Translations under genes and position numbers: made by a program | Part shown: positions 24,561-64,000 of the stretch, one piece after another | How the letters are laid out: each line of letters opens with the position of its first letter | How positions within the stretch are numbered: position 1 is the first letter of the stretch | Assembly: GCA_030141605.1 (NCBI GenBank) | Contig: JAQGDQ010000104.1 | Location: 186,001 to 250,000, forward strand | Source of the DNA: Tubiluchus corallicola | Taxonomy: Eukaryota; Animalia; Priapulida | Length of the DNA: 64,000 bases | Reading direction: 5' to 3' | Notes under the pieces: model-generated | Told to the model about the DNA's origin: nothing | The model's input: the letters and a program-made list of their open reading frames with translations, nothing else | Databases searched by the model: none

Positions 24561-24793
24561 TTTAAAATATGAGTGGAATCAAAAAAATTTCTTATGCCAT
24601 ACACACACTAATGACAGTAGAGAACAGGCATTATAGGTGATCCATGTTTCTACGTCTAGCCTTAACATTGGATATGGATATGGAAGTCGCACATGACAAT
24701 CAAATCTGGCTGGACGAGTCCTAGTTGTAAGGAAAATAATTACAGCCGACGGATGCATTTTCAAGTAGTGACATTCAAGTAAGCAGAAACAAC

Positions 24794-62002
<37,209 letters not shown>

Positions 62003-62140
62003 GTAACAACTCATTATTTTTCCAAGCAGTTCCTAGGTATTTAGCAGTTTAGAATGTATGTATAATCCGCTTGCAACAAATATCAGGGGACTATCAAAAT
62101 TTGCTGGCTACGACCCAGTCTCAGTCATTTTAATGTTTGT

Positions 62141-63546
62141 GCAGTCGAATCCCGTTAATACGATTTTCAATGGACCAAAATATTTTTTCGTATGTAGCAT
62201 GTTTCGTACTATCCATTACGTGGATTTTTACAAACTCGTACTGTGTATAACTTGTATTGTAAAATAGCAATTAACCAATGTGTAGTCTGTACACTGGTCT
62301 TCTTGTGAGTATAATTTGAACTTATTTAACCCTCCATTTCGCAAGTACGAACCTCAAAATTATATCAAAATGTTGCTGGTCAGTTAGTCTAAAGCATGCC
62401 TGCAAGCAAGGGGTTAGGTGCCCGAGAGTCTGCGGCATGTTGCTTTTTGCTGCTGGAGGCTTACTGTAGTAGAAGTGCTAATAAATATCGCGAATACATC
62501 ACAATGTTAATGCAAACCTATGCAACAAAACGTTACTAGAGCTTCTGCTGCGTGTAAGTGAAGGCGGCTAACTGTTCATATAGGGATGGGAAGACAGGCA
62601 GTAACAAACTATACTATATGTATATGTGTTTTAAACTATAAGGACGACTTTTATGACAGTGGGAAACCGTATTGAAAATCGTCAATTTGACTGCAGGCAG
62701 TTGTTTGTACACGCATTTCAATGATTAATTTAAATTATAAACATTTTGAACCTGAAAAAATTTATCAAACTAAAAATGTGCTGTAATTAACTCACTCATA
62801 TTTTTGTACTGGAAGAAATCAGTAATTTTACTATTCTGCTTCTTACAAGCAAAATTTGTAATGAAGTTATTTAAACTTTCACTGAATATGGAAAATCTGG
62901 CTGAACGTTGTTGGCGTGAACTTCTATGAAGCATTGCAGTCTTTCGACATAAAACTTCGCTTCACGGGTGGTGCGTGCTAAATCAGACTTGGGATTATCA
63001 TCATCGTCATCATCATCCTTGCCAGTAGCTGGTACTTGACAAAACTGAGAAATAATTTCATCCTTCATGGTTCATTCACTGTCAATGTATTGTCATCTGC
63101 CAAAATGAAATCTTCGACTCCCATATCAAAACTCATGAGCCATGTATGTGGACAGTTTGGGACAATCACTGAGTATTAACTAACTTAAACCACCTTTAAA
63201 GTTTAAATTAAACTAGGAACTAGACTTCATGCTAACATACGCTGCATTACATTTACATATGATACATAATGGATTGTAAAAACAAGCTGTGGTCACTTTG
63301 GCAACAGGTGAAGAGCATCTAGTGTTTAGATGGGGCGGGCCACAAGCACGAATCATATTAAAAGTGTTTATTTGTGTTGAAACTATACTATCGGGACTTT
63401 GGGAAAACATCTTACAAACAGAGGGTTTCGTAGTAACAAGTTTCATATTAACCATACATGATTAATATAAGCTTGGCAGGGATGTTGTCATACAACCGAG
63501 AGTTTTGTTATAAGCCAAAAGGTATTACCAGGATTCAACTGTATAA
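62141..63546. mobile_element. Tigger/pogo-like DNA transposon remnants
   Basis: CAGTCGAATCCCGTTAATAC at 62141 and the inverted CAGTTGAATCCTGGTAATAC at ~63541; minus-strand acidic tail DEIISQF...DDDDDDD...TTREAKFYVERLQCFIE. Confidence 0.5.
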
Positions 63547-64000
63547 GATACAAGTGAAGCCTATTCCACAGCTATGATGTAATAAAGAGCACCTTTTGAC
63601 ACTGGCACAGGTTCCTTTAACCCTTTCATTAGTGTGATACTTATGTTTCTCGTGCAAGGGACGGAAGGCGCCCAAGCTCAGCAATAAGCGCACTCACCCA
63701 GGTCTGTTTATTTCACTGCTACAGCCATGCAAAAACATTGTAGAAAAGTTTAGCAATACCTGGTATTGGGGTTGCTTCTCAACAAATAGCGCTAACCAGC
63801 CAATCAGCATCTGAAGCCAGATGCATTCCACAGTACTGTACTGTATTGTATGTTCCCATGCAAAATCACTTGTAGATCGTTGATGAAACGTATGTTTACT
63901 TGATCGTTCTGCATTCTTATAAAATGATTGCATAATATGGATTAGTATTGTGTCTTTTGTGAAAACTGGTTTCTAAATAATTATAAGTACTTGCTTACTT

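Overview
AT-rich (~33% GC by eye), intron-rich, repeat-laden genomic DNA from an invertebrate animal. Three host genes were reconstructed by hand from splice sites. (1) A POMGNT1-like GT13 glycosyltransferase on the minus strand, 8 exons from 11910 to 1010, running off the left edge. (2) A small divergently transcribed ZP-N-domain gene on the plus strand, 3 exons at 12465-14053, apparently truncated. (3) Mitochondrial Lon protease LONP1 on the plus strand, 16 exons at 24794-62002, running off the right edge. A ~10 kb transposon island (Kolobok-like MITE, LTR-like segment, BEL/Pao, Gypsy, CR1/L2 LINE pieces) lies between the ZP gene and LONP1, and the introns hold many MITEs, LINE, BEL and Academ remnants and simple repeats. 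The most striking observation is an intronless C-terminal half of a glycogenin (GT8) catalytic domain sitting where the N-terminus of the BEL/Pao Gag should be, which suggests a retrotransposon that captured a glycogenin domain. All homology calls come from recognising motifs by eye; no database search was run.
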